Positions 1 through 11,539 of a DNA stretch of 64,000 nt are shown here, in pieces. The position numbers and the translations under genes are program-made. The number at the start of each line of letters is the position of its first letter. Within the stretch, counting starts at the first letter, position 1. Below the pieces are notes generated by a model, which did not search any database, had not been told where the DNA came from, and was given only the letters and a program-made list of their open reading frames with translations. This stretch comes from Eledone cirrhosa (Eukaryota): assembly GCA_964016885.1 (NCBI GenBank), contig OZ024740.1:77004001-77068000 (forward strand), given 5' to 3'.

Positions 1-13
1 AGTTATATAGATA

Positions 14-399
14 TCTTTCTTTATTTGCCACAGGGGCGTACAAAAATGGGACATTACAATACGTGACGGCGGGGGTTTTACATGATAAATAATAATAAAC
101 GATATAAAAATAAAACAATTGAAATCCTCATTAGGTTGGGTAACGTTACTGCGGGGTTGTTTTACACCCTGTGGATAGAACATCCCTCAACACCAGGAAC
201 ACGTTTTGTAGGTGTTCCGGTCTTCCTTCTGTTTATCTTCCTCAACCTACAGGTTTATATACAGAGAAGGCCCATTCATCCGGGCCATTTTCGCCACATT
301 CACCCACTTTTCAGCGAATTTACTGGGGTGTAGCACCTCTCTCTCCACTCTTACCTTCCTTCTGAAGTGGTACTTAAAGAAGGGGATGAGTTGTTGTCC
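14..399 (-). mobile_element. 5'-truncated Tx1 copy A (ORF2 C-terminus + 3' UTR)
   Basis: Encodes FFKYHFRRKVRVEREVLHPSKFAEKWVNVAKMAR, homologous to 1582-1710. The 3' end has AATAAAGAAA followed by TATCTAT. The 5' break abuts GATAGATGGATAGATA at 400-415. Confidence 0.88.
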
Positions 400-415
400 G
401 ATAGATGGATAGATA

Positions 416-491
416 AATTTATTTATTATCCACAAGGGCACAAAAGAAGGGGACAAATACAAATGGGGAGTTTACATGCAGGTATATGAAA
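416..491 (-). mobile_element. Very short Tx1 3'-UTR copy B
   Basis: cacaagggcacaaaagaaggggacaaatacaaatggggagtttaca is near-identical to the 3' end of copy C. Bounded by GATA repeats at 400-415 and 492-499. Confidence 0.8.
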
Positions 492-499
492 GATAGATA

Positions 500-1125
500 A
501 ATTTCTTTATTAGGCACAAGGGCACAAAAGAAGGGGACAAATACAAATGGGGAGTTTACATACAGGTATATGAAAATAAAACTATTAATAAAATAACAAA
601 TAACAATTCATATCCCCAATAGGGGGGAGGTGTTACACAGGGGTTGTAGACACCCCGAAAAAATGTACAACCCTCATCTTCAGGAGCACCAAGAGCGAGT
701 ACTCCCTTTCTCTCTTCCTCTTTTTCCTCAACCTACAGTCTTATATAGATAGAAGGCCCAAACACTCGGGCCATCTTTGCCACATTCACCCACCTTTTAT
801 AAAATTTGCTGGGGTACAGCACCTCTCTCTCTCCATCCTGATTCTTCTTCCAAAATGATATTTGAAAAAACGAATCAGTTGCTCGCCGGAGAGAGGGGTG
901 TCTGACCTCAGCCCTTTTAACCTCGTCCACCATATAACCTCTTTCACCATAGCCATAACACATAGGAAAACCGCCTCTCCCTCGTTTTTCAAGGAGGGTG
1001 GCGGTTTGATCATGACAATGGACTCGATGGTCAACTGTCCCACCCGCGACAATAGTCGTTCTACATAGCCCCACAGGTCGGTAACGCCCGGGCAGTATAC
1101 AAATGCATGCGTGGCGGTTTCCTCG
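500..1125 (-). mobile_element. 5'-truncated Tx1 copy C
   Basis: Colinear with 1341-1977 (KNEGEAVFLCVMAMVKEVIWWTRLKGL). Breaks inside the CCHC motif at GATAGATAGATA 1127-1138. Confidence 0.9.
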
Positions 1126-1138
1126 AGATAGATAGATA

Positions 1139-1328
1139 TGTTTCTTTATTAGCCACAGGGGCACAAAAGAAGGGGACAAATACAAAGGGGGAAGTTTACA
1201 TACAATAAAAACGTGTAAAATATTATCAAAAATGTAATTTAAAAATTAGTCGATTTTCCCCAATAGGGGGAGACATTTCATATGGGTAACACATACCCCC
1301 GAAATAAAATGTGCAACCCTCATCTCCA
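1139..1328 (-). mobile_element. 5'-truncated Tx1 copy D (3' UTR only)
   Basis: Same 3' UTR motifs (ttctttattagccacagggg, cccaatagggg, tgtgcaaccctcatct). Bounded by GATAGATAGATA on both sides. Confidence 0.85.
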
Positions 1329-1581
1329 GATAGATAGATAACTTTCTATTTATTTGCCACCAGGACATCAAATATTGGGACAAATACAAGAGGGGGAGTT
1401 TACATACATTTCAAGGGACGTGTAAAAACATATAACAAATCAAATTCAACAATCGAAGTCCTCAATAGGGAGGGGGCGTTGACGTGGGTCGCACACACCC
1501 CCGAAATAATGTGCAACCCTCCTCCCCCGAAGCACAAAGAGCGGGTGCTCCCTTCCTCTCCTCCTTCCTCTCCTCTCTCAC

Positions 1582-4500
1582 CTACAGGCTGATATAGAGA
1601 GAAGGCCCATTCACTCGGGCCATTCGCGCCACTTTCACCCACCTTTCATAAAACTTGCTGGGGTAGAGCACCTCTCTCTCCATTCTGATCCTTCTTCTAA
1701 AATGGTACTTGAAAAAAAGGACCAGTTGTTGGCCGGAGAGAAAAGTGTCTGACCTCAGCCCTTCCAACCTCGTCCACCATACAACCTCTTTCGCCATAGC
1801 TATCACACAGAGGAAAACCGCCTCTCCTTCGTTTTTGAATGGGGAGGCGGTTTGATCGTGACAATGTACTCGGTGGTCAACCGGATTGGTCCCACCCGCA
1901 ATAGTAGTCATTCCATATAGCCCCACAGGTCAGCAACGCCAGGGCAGTGTACGAATGCGTGCGCGACGGTTTCCTCGTCACGCACGCATCTTGGACAGAT
2001 CTTCTTCGAGGGGTCCCTACCCGGGCGCCCATGTCTGTAGAGCTTGTCCCAAATGGGTATAGCTTCTCGGTAGCACTGCTAAGCCAGGGACTTTTGGAAG
2101 TTGTTCATCGGTCCCGGGACAAACGTCCTACCGAACAGACTGGCCAGCTTGTCTTCCTCCATGCCCAGAGCCTCTCCGAGAGCGTCGTCACACTTGCTGC
2201 GCACCAACCCTCTATAGAATGTTGAGGTTGAGTCTCCATTGATTGCCGGATCCGCTTGCCAGAGGGCCGTGAGCGCCTGGGCACATTCAATGTGCCAGTC
2301 GCCCACTTTTCTCGGTCTTTGCTTGACCTAGGATTGCAGCTCTGTGAGTGAGACGAGTCTCGGAAAGGCTCGCCTCACAAAAGGGGCCCACACCGGCTGA
2401 CCGGTGAGGAATACCTGGAGGTGCCGTAGCGTTAATGCGTGTCTACGCATCGTCAGCCACGACATCCCCAGCCCTCCGTTTGAAGGGGGTTGACTGCAGA
2501 TGGATTTTCTCACCAAAGGGGCCCGCTTCTTCCAAAGAAATCGGAAGAGCGCGCGCTCCATTTTGGCGAGTGTTTTCGCTGGGCAAGGCACGACAGTCAA
2601 GCGGTAGTAGATGACGGACGCTATATAAGTGTGCGCCACCTCCGCTCGACCTTTCGGGCGAGTGCAAACACCCTGCCCGTTACCTGGTCCCAGTTTTTCT
2701 CCACCTGGAGGTCCGTTCCGAACCAGACCCCGAGGGGCTTCAGCGGTCCCTCCGCCCAGCGTTCGACGAGGGCATCGGTTTGCCTCTCCACGATCCGAGT
2801 TGCAAACCGACGGACTTGTCCCGGTTCAGCTGGGCTCCTGTAAACCTTTCGTACTCCTCGAGTAAGGTGCCGATCTGCCCGATTTCCGAGGCGCACGACA
2901 CCATTACTGTCACGTCATCGGCGTAGGCCGACACTGCTTTCCGCAATCCCGGTTCCAAGGGGATTCCCTGAAACAGCTCCCACTCCCGTAGTAGTGGCTC
3001 GAGAGCCAGGACATACAGAATGGAGGAGAGAGGGCATCTGTGTCGGATGGATCGCGCGATTTGGAACGGCTCCGAGAGGTAGCCGTTCACCTTGACTCTC
3101 GAGCAGGTGTTGCTGCTGTGCATTGCAGCAATCCAGCCCCTGAAAACGGGTCCGAAGCCTGCCGCCGCGAGCACCGCATCCAGGTACCGATGGTCGACCC
3201 TATCGAACGCCTTAGATTGATCCAAGTTGATAAGGGCCCCACCAAAGTTGGGTTCGTTCCCTACCCTCTCTACGATATATCGCATGAGGTGGAGGTTGTC
3301 GTGTATGGACCTGGACGGGATTGCGCATGTCTGCGCTTCTCCCACCAGGTTCCCGACGACAAGCGCCAACCTCTTCGCTAACACCTTGGCCAAAATCTTT
3401 AACTCTGTGTTTAGCAGAGTTATGGGCCTGAAGTTATCTATGTCATCCCCCTTTCAGCGGCTGAAATCGGCCTTTCGCAGGAGTTCTCCTCCCCGTCCGA
3501 GAGCCGCGGCAGACCGTCGAGGTATGGACCGAAATCCATGGCCTCACCCGGCCCGCTGCCCCTCCCGAACAGTCGTGCAAGCGCCGTTGAAAGGCCGCGC
3601 ACATCCTCTCAGGTTCAAGGATCACGCGTCCATCCTGGTCCTTCAAAGATCGAATCGTGGTCTTGTTTCCAATTTTTGCCGCTGTCACTCGGCCCCAGCT
3701 AACAGCTTTGGCTCCCTCGTTACCCAGAGCACGTATTTTACTCTTGACAACACAGCCCTCGTGCTTCGCATCAAAGAACTGGTCTAGGGTCGTTCTTGAC
3801 GCCAGCACGCCGGCCACGTGCCCCTCCTAGTCGTCTCTTCTACTCTATCTATCAATTCCCTTTCAGTTCTATTCCTATCTGATGCTAATTCCTGATTAAA
3901 ACCTATCGATTCTATTCTAATCTCTCTCTTGAGAGAGCCCCACCACCTGCTGTTGACAATTGCCCTCGTCAACCGCTGCTTAACTAGAGTGCTAATCCGT
4001 TTACTGTAAGCTTTGTTTGTCGTTAAGGACAAGTTTAGCTTTCAGTAGCCGGGTCCTTGTCTATGGGTTCTATCAAGGTTGACCACTCCGGTCACCAACT
4101 TGTGATCCGAATAGTCAAACATGAACATTCGTGGACAGCTTAATATGTCCCTATCCTTATTTCTAACTAGGAACCTATCTAGGTACGACCTAGATGTTCC
4201 GCTGAGATTAGTCCACGTCCACAGTGACACCGTCGGAAAATCTATTCGATATCTATCGGCCAGATCAAATCGGCCGATTAACCGTTTGCGCTGTTACACC
4301 CCCCTCTATCGGGACATGCCCCTACATAGTCCCAATGTGCATCCAGGATACCATTCCAGCCCCCCACTAAAAGCAAGAAGCGAGACGTCCCCAGAAAAGT
4401 CTCTAGGCGTTGGAAGAAGTCCGGTCGCGGTGTCCCAGATGGGGCATACGCTGCCACCAGCCTGAAGGCTCCACCTTCACCACTGCCTACGTCTAGAATC

Positions 4501-4780
4501 ACCAGTCAACCCTCCGGGTCCAGGTGTACCTTCCGTGTTGCAAGGCCCAGGTGTTTTCACAGCAGAACGACCACCTCGTCCCCACCCCCCGGCTGACAGA
4601 GAGATGCATAGATCTCAAAGTCGTCGAAGATGGGGGCCAGTTGGTGCTCGCTGCTGATCCTGGACTCGCAAATAGCTATCACATCCATTCTGTGCGACCT
4701 GAGGTCATTTCAGAGTTTGCCCTGCTCCAGGACATCCCCAGGCCGCGCACATTTAAACATCCAACTGTTATAACAGCCAT
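1582..4780 (-). pseudogene. Tx1 ORF2 (AP endonuclease + reverse transcriptase + CCHC), disrupted by frameshifts, stops and an internal deletion
   Basis: ATG at 4780 reads MAVITVGCLNVRGL. EN motifs: AFRLVAAYAP, WTWTN..SRSYLDRFLV, YSDHKLV. RT motifs: NFRPITLLNTELKILAKVLAKRL, LDQSKAFDRVDH, CPLSSILYVLALEPL, AYADDVTV. C-terminal CPRCVRDEETVAHAFVHC at ~1945-1998. Stop at 1582. Confidence 0.93.
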
Positions 4781-6582
4781 GTTGGTGGTGAAGAGTTTAG
4801 AGTGGAGAAAAAGGAAAAGACACCTACCTGTCCTTCTCCTGGAGACCAGGCTGCACAATTTCCATGGGGTGTCGGCGGGGTTGTTTCGTAGGGTGGTGGT
4901 TTGAGATGTGGTGGGGACATTAGTGTGTTGGGGTGGGGGTGTTTGGTGGGGGAGGGGTGTCTGGGGTGGTGGTGGGGAAATATTTCAAGAGACGCGGGAA
5001 AGTTCTGTTTGAGCATTTCGTAGGTGTCCCTTGTGACCCTAATCATTTTTAAATGCGCTTTAGTCGCCGCGGGTCTTTGTCTGTTATTTGCACAAGTGTT
5101 TTGTTGTTTGTGTTGATGTATGTATATTGTTTTTGTTGTGTTGTGTTTGTTTTTGTTTGTTGTTCTTGTGTGTGTTTGCGTTTTGTAGTATGTGTTATGT
5201 TTCCGGGAGGGGTGGGTTTTTTGTTTGTGATGTTTGTTCTGTTTGTGCTGGTGGTTGTGTGTTTGTTGCATTTTTGTTAATGTGGTGCCTTCTTTTCTTT
5301 CTTTTTACAGGTTGAAAGGGTTCTCCCTTGTCGTCACTGGGTGACGTCCGTGGTGTTGGGGAGGGGTGTATTTTGAAGTTTTGTTGTGGTTGCTTTTGTA
5401 TTTGTTTTAGGTGGGGAGGGGTTGGGTAGGACAGTGTCTTGTGTTGTTATTTGTTCGTGTTGTTGTTGTTGTTGTTGTGGTGGTGGTGGTGGTGGTGGTG
5501 GTTGTGCTGTTGTGTGTAGGGTCGGCAGAAGCGTCTTTGGTGGGGGGGATTTAAAAGGGGACAGGAAGCCCTCAGGTGACCACTTCTTGAACAGTGGTAG
5601 CATGAAGGCCGCCTGCCCTCAACAGAAATGTTTATGAAGGCGACTCCTTCCAAGGACACACGCTGCGGTATTCTTGCTATCCGTTCTGGTCTCATTTGGA
5701 CCAGAACTTCAAGGCTATTGCCGCCGAATACGCCCCCGGTGGATTCGCCTATCGAAAGGATTGTATCCACATCTTCTAAGAATCCCGTTAGCACCCACCA
5801 AATGCTCGCATTTGGCCTGATGCCCGAGATTCTTATATTTTGAGTTCTTTTTCCGCAAATATGTGGGGAAAAAGCTGTATGCTTTGGATACAATTGGCGA
5901 CACAGAATATTTCCATGCCGTCAATTCATCTTGCATTAAAACAGATATGCTTCCATACAGTTTCCCTTTCTGTATAAAAGCGATATCCTTCCAGGCACTA
6001 CTTAGGACCAGCTCAATTTCGCTTTGGGACAATTGAGCCGGTTTCCTAGGCGTGTTCGAAACTGTCCTAAAGGTTACAGTCCTGAGGATTGTGTCCTTTC
6101 TAATTTCTTCGGGGGAGGTAATTGTGAATTCCCCACCTTCCCCGAAATTTACACAATTCCTTGCTTCTTTCAGCAATTGCTTGGCATTCGAGATCTCCAG
6201 TGCCTTGTATGTCTGCGTTTCTTGGACCGCCTGTGCAAGGAGACTGCAGCTGTGGGTCCGTTTTCTTTCGTGTTGTTATCATTGTTGTTGTTGTTATTCG
6301 TGTTGGCTTGCTTTTTTCCTTTGTTGGTGTTGTCATTATTGCTGCTGTTGGTTGTGTTGTTATTGTCATTATTGCTGTTGTTGGTTGTGTTGTTATTGTC
6401 ATTGTTGCTCTTGTTTGTGTAATTGTTACTTTTTGGGTTTTCACCCATTTCCACAATTTTTTCTTTTGATTCCGTGGTGTCTTTTGCGGGAGTGAGGAGG
6501 GAAGGCTTACAGCGTTGTTCTGCTACCTTCTCTCTATCACTTTCCTTGGGGGCGTGGTATGCGTCGTATTAATGGCGTCCAT
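4768..6582 (-). pseudogene. Tx1 ORF1 (gag-like nucleic-acid-binding protein), frameshifted
   Basis: Pieced from ORFs 6170..6454, 5715..6176, 5447..5893, 5334..5603 and 4768..5271. CX2CX4HX4C knuckle CYHCSRSGHLRASC near 5560-5605, with Asn/Thr/Pro low-complexity tracts. Candidate ATG at 6582 is out of frame with the downstream piece, so the ends are approximate. Confidence 0.75.
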
Positions 6583-7004
6583 TGTCACTAAACGACTTTT
6601 TATCGACAACTTATAACTATTAAATTTCGCTCCAAAAAGGGGCGAAATTTATTTTACCCAACGTCTGCAGGCCCAGGCGAGGGGTTAAACACAACAAATA
6701 ACAAATTACTTAAACCAACCTACCGCTTCTCGTAATAAATTCCGACAAAATGCAGGAGCGAAACAAAAACACGTCTATCTTCTCCGAGATAGATAGATAG
6801 ATATGTATGAATATAGAAAAAGGTAAGAATGGAAGTAGCACTGCGGTGTATTTAAAGAATCTTTTTCTTCTTTAATCCGACAAAGTGATTATTGAAAACA
6901 AGAGAAAAACATGTTTTAAAAAAAAGTTTTTATAAAATATATTTTAAAAAATCGATGTTATCAATCTTAGCAAATATTAAAAGTTAAGAATTAAAAATTA
7001 AAAA

Positions 7005-7051
7005 TCGAGAGTTGACTGGGTAATTGCTGGCCTTGTGCCAAAATTAGAAAC

Positions 7052-7056
<5 letters not shown>
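7005..7056 (+). mobile_element. SINE 3' fragment
   Basis: gactggggtaattgctggccttgtgccaaaattagaaacaatt is the reverse complement of the SINE tail seen at 10208 and 25752. Confidence 0.6.
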
Positions 7057-7083
<27 letters not shown>

Positions 7084-7093
<10 letters not shown>

Positions 7094-7202
7094 GAGTCGA
7101 GGCCCGACGGTCCAACTCTTAACGTTTCAACAGCTATTTCTAGACGGAATTAGCTGTTGAAACGGAAAGAGCTCAGCCGTCGGGCCCGACTCTTTCTAAT
7201 AT
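7084..7202. repeat. ~120-bp imperfect palindrome (foldback/MITE-like)
   Basis: Outer arms atattagaaagagtcg(a)ggcccgacgg / ccgtcgggcccgactctttctaatat; inner arms cgtttcaacagcta / tagctgttgaaacg. Abuts (TA)n. Confidence 0.85.
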
Positions 7203-7456
7203 CCTCACGCCCTACAATCCCAAGTATCAAGTGTTGTATGGTTATCTAATTAGTTTAATACTGGTTTATAACTGATTTAATACTGATATATATAGGTGTT
7301 GTGAGCGTGCTTAAGCAACCAGGGAGCAAATAAAATCATTGTAGCAACAGAGATCAATTTTAATAACACAATAAAAAAAAATTATATATTACGTTGATTT
7401 GGTATTGATCACTTTTTAAAGTGTTTGCAAATCCGAAAGTAAATATACACACACAG

Positions 7457-7526
<70 letters not shown>

Positions 7527-8033
7527 TGTAGATAAGGATGCAACTTCACTCAAGCACTCGACGGCATGTTACTCCTTCAAAATAAGGATACTAGAGAATA
7601 ATTAGAATGAATAAAATGCAAAGTTGTAGATGTTAAAGAGTCCTTTATTAATAGAGCAAGAAGGGAGTGGACAATCAAGGCAAAAGCATAAACCTTTTTT
7701 AATCTACTTTTTCCCAACCATCATCGGAAACGTTACATTTAACTCAATTTTTCTGCCTGATGGGCGCTATTAATCTCCAACGATGAGTTTTCTGATCGAA
7801 CAACAGAATTGCTTGCCCGTGTTCAAGAGGCTGACAATTTCAAAGACCTGTATACCATTATCTTAATTCTCCGGGAGATTCAGTGACAAGGTTTTTGACA
7901 AATATTACTATTTGAATTATACATACAACTCATTTTCTGATAGCTGTGAGGATTAATGCAATATGAAATAAAATGCTTTTCTCAAGCACAACTCATGAGG
8001 TAAACTAACCATTAAATCACGTATATTCATATA

Positions 8034-8456
<423 letters not shown>

Positions 8457-8457
8457 T

Positions 8458-8513
8458 GAGTAAAAGACTATTTATATACATATTCACACACACACACATG
8501 CACGCGCGCGCAC

Positions 8514-8546
<33 letters not shown>

Positions 8547-8772
8547 ACGGAGGAGTTGTGGTAAGGAACCAGATGGACCATAACGCACCAGAGTACTCAA
8601 TACTTAGGGTGGTAGAGTGGGTAATAGGAAAATCCGCTTCGAAAGTGGCCGTCGAGGCGGCTTGAGCTCTGCCGTCGGGATCATACTTTTTCCTATTACC
8701 CACTCTACTACCCTAAGTATTGAGTACTCTGGTACGTTATGGTCCATCTGGTTCCTTACCACAACTCCTTCG

Positions 8773-8809
<37 letters not shown>

Positions 8810-8854
8810 CGCGCGTGTGTGTGTGTGAATATATATATAAATAGTCTTTTACTC
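8458..8854. repeat. ~400-bp foldback element with ~170-bp arms
   Basis: 8458-8632 is the near-perfect reverse complement of 8688-8854, including mirrored (CA)n/(CG)n/(TA)n tracts. ~55-bp GC-rich spacer. Confidence 0.95.
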
Positions 8855-8856
8855 TT

Positions 8857-8889
<33 letters not shown>

Positions 8890-9649
8890 ATATATATATA
8901 AATATTATATACATACATACACTCGTTTATACACACAGACATACTCATACACACACATACATACATACAGAGAGAGAGAATGAGAGATGTGTATCTATTA
9001 CATTTATTGCAAGCACACACACATACACACAGACTCACACACGCGTGTACACACACATATACACACTGAGAGACAAAGAGGGAAGAAATAAAGAGAAAGA
9101 AAATGGAAGAAAGATAGAGAAGCGGATAAAGAGAGGGGAGTGGTTATGGTTTCCGATGCTAGCAAAAAGTGCCCGTGATATTTACCAAATGGAGTTAGGT
9201 ATATTCTTACATGAGAGGCGTGGTTTCTTACTACCCCAGGGAAAGAAAAAAATTACACTATCTCAAGAACTTCAAAATATGTGAGAAAGTAGCTTAGAGG
9301 TAAAGGTAAAATAATTTCTTAGTGTGTTTCTTCTCTCATACATAATACCTTAATTGTTTTACAGACTATTGGTGTTGGTATTCCTTTGGAAAATATTCTG
9401 ACAATTCTGTTGCACACTTGTACCGCTACACAATATGTACTTTTCTAATTTTAAATCTGCATCTTTCGGTAAAAATAGATAGTGTCAAATTATTTAGTGT
9501 TAAGTTGCTCTTGTTGTTGTTGCTTTTATTTTTATTGTTGTTGTTGCTCTTATTTGTATTGTTGCTGCTGGTGCTGTTAGCAGTGTTGTTGGTGTTGTTG
9601 TTTAACCTTAAGTAAGGTCTAGGTCGAGAAAACTTTAGCAATGATCGGA

Positions 9650-9960
9650 AATTATGTTTGATTTTTTTTTCTTTTTTCAGACATATTGAATCTATGACTA
9701 TTGCATCTAAAATATATTTAATCTTTTAAAAAGTTAGTAAGGCGTGGTTTGATGTATATTTATCAAGGATTTAGATGTATTGTCTAGCTCTAGCTCTGGT
9801 TTGATATCGGATAGACCTCTAATATAAACATTCTAAACAGCCATCTTTTTTTTTCAGACATACTGAATCTAGGTTTATTTTCATCAAACTATGCTTATAA
9901 AAAGTAAGCCGTGATTTGAAGGAAATTGCTGTCTATTTCTAACAGGCCACGTAAGAACTA
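9650..9960 (+). repeat. Old dispersed repeat family (ctatttctagcagg / cattatctaat / gaccatcc motifs)
   Basis: Two tandem degenerate pieces beginning ttttttcagacata. The same motifs recur at 23680-24070 and 26735-26940. Confidence 0.5.
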
Positions 9961-9993
9961 CTTAAAGGTGATAGGTTCTTCAATAATAAAATG

Positions 9994-10197
9994 GTTTCTT
10001 ATATAGGCACAAGGCGATTAATGTTGGGGTAGAGTAAAGTCGATTAAATCGACCCCAGTGCGTGGCTGGTACTTTATTTTATCGACCCCGTAAAGATGAA
10101 AGGTAAAGTTAACCTCGGCGGGATTTGAACTCAGATCATAAAGGGCCGTAACCCTATGCTGCAAAGCATGGCGTCCGACCCTCTACCGATACTACGA
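9994..10197 (-). mobile_element. tRNA-head SINE
   Basis: Minus strand has a B-box GAGTTCAAATCCC. Core ctggtactttattttatcgaccccgtaa-gatgaaaggtaaagttaacctcggcggg is repeated at least 8 times in the window. Confidence 0.85.
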
Positions 10198-10207
10198 ATA
10201 ATATAAT

Positions 10208-10350
10208 TGTTTCTATTTTGGGCACAAGGCCAGCAATTATCCCAGTGCATTTCTGGTACTTTACTTATTCGACCCATAAAGGACGAAATCAAAGTTAACC
10301 GCGGCAGGATTTTAACTCAGAACATAAAGGGCCATAACACTATGTCTGCC
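10208..10350 (-). mobile_element. tRNA-head SINE (short-tail variant, truncated)
   Basis: Same core; head-to-tail with the preceding copy. Confidence 0.75.
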
Positions 10351-10417
10351 GTTAATGATCACTCAACAGATATATATATATATATATATAGTTTCAATTT
10401 CACTGAGCACACACGAC

Positions 10418-10805
10418 TGTCAAGGCAGAATTCTAGGAGAAGGAAAACTCTGATATAACACCTGCAACCCTGATGGTATCCAATGATGCTGACTTGTTCT
10501 TCTTTTTGGTAAATATCATCTTGGTTAAGAGAGTGGGACTGGCTTTGTTCACTATAAAAGCTTCACGGCACAGGCATTGCTTAATATCTGGAGATCTCTC
10601 TACACTTGTCGTCACAGGGTACCATTGACCCAGTACTATGTGTCAATAATTGTCACAAGTGTAGTGTTTGTACCAGAGTTTTCAAGTCGCTGGCTTCACT
10701 AAAAAGTCACACTCGTTCAGCGCATCGGTAGGATTTCTCCTACATGGATATAAAGTAGTGGCCGTACTCGAAAACGAGTTGGCAGCCACCATGTATGTAT
10801 GTATG
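10418..10805 (+). mobile_element. Non-coding retro-element with (TATG)n tail, copy 1 (5'-truncated)
   Basis: Reverse complement of the copies at 14870, 17031 and 22205. Contains ctaggagaaggaaaactctgat (resembles RTE-clade 5' UTRs) and ends gcagccaccATGTATGTATGTATG. Confidence 0.85.
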
Positions 10806-10839
10806 GGTTTCTGCCTGTCTGTATGTATGCTTGGTATGG

Positions 10840-11300
10840 AAGGTCATTTTGTACACCAGTGGAATGAAAAACAAAACCCGTCAAAGGGCAAAGGAACTCA
10901 AGAGTGTCACCAGCTATCCAGTAAAGTTCTTTTTTTGTGGAGAGAGAGACCCCTAGTCTTCATTAAGACATCTCTCTAGGAGAAGGTTACTCTGATATAA
11001 AACCTGCGACTTCCTTTGCATCCAATGGCCAGTTCTTCTTTTGGTGTAAATGCATTCGATGTTCAGAGAGTGGGATTGACTCTGTGCAAAACCGTTCCTC
11101 ACTTTAAAAAAGCTTCAATCACAGGCATCTCTTGATAAGCGATATGTCTTTTGCGATGCATGGTTTTGCAGGCCATAGGCAAGTCTCTAGCAGGACTAAA
11201 AGGCCACGTCCGTGGTGCTCATGCTTAAGTATCAAGCGATGGCATTACTCGAAATCGTGTTGCTGCCATCATGGATAGATGTATGCATGTATGTATGCTT
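10840..11300 (+). mobile_element. Diverged relative of the (TATG)n-tailed element
   Basis: aaaacaaaacccgtcaaagggcaaagga, ctaggagaagg-tactctgatataaaacctgc, and end tgctgccatcatggat...gtatgcatgtatgtatg. Confidence 0.7.
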
Positions 11301-11539
11301 TTGGATGCATTTTTTTTTATTTCAGACAATAAAGAGAGAGGGGCGGGGGAGAAAGACATAAAAAGTGAGAAAGAGAAAGAGATTAGGAGAGAGAACGAGG
11401 GAGATAAAGCAAGAGAAAGAGTGGGAGAGAAATAGAGAGGAGGAGAAAGAGAGGGATTCTAACCCAGAAATAATGCTCTTTCTCTGGAATTTAAACAACA
11501 TCAACTAGGTAAGTATGTCTAAATATATATAACTATGCA

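Larger units (their letters stand above)
1341..6787 (-). mobile_element. Near full-length, decayed Tx1/L1-clade non-LTR retrotransposon
   Basis: Minus strand carries a short 5' UTR, a gag-like ORF1 with a zinc knuckle, ORF2 with AP-endonuclease, RT and C-terminal CCHC motifs, and a 3' UTR ending in AATAAA. It is bounded by GATAGATAGATA at 1329-1340 and (GATA)4 at 6788-6803. Confidence 0.92.

Noticed and set aside
7530-7745. Third hammerhead candidate on the minus strand (CCGATGA at 7721-7727)
   Set aside because: No paired stem II followed by GAAAC and a cleavage triplet could be identified.
9365-9470. Possible host exon (ttttacag acceptor, open frame DYWCWYSFGKYSDNSV..., weak donor)
   Set aside because: No recognisable homology or partner exons; splice-like motifs are common in AT-rich DNA. 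It cannot be excluded without RNA-seq.
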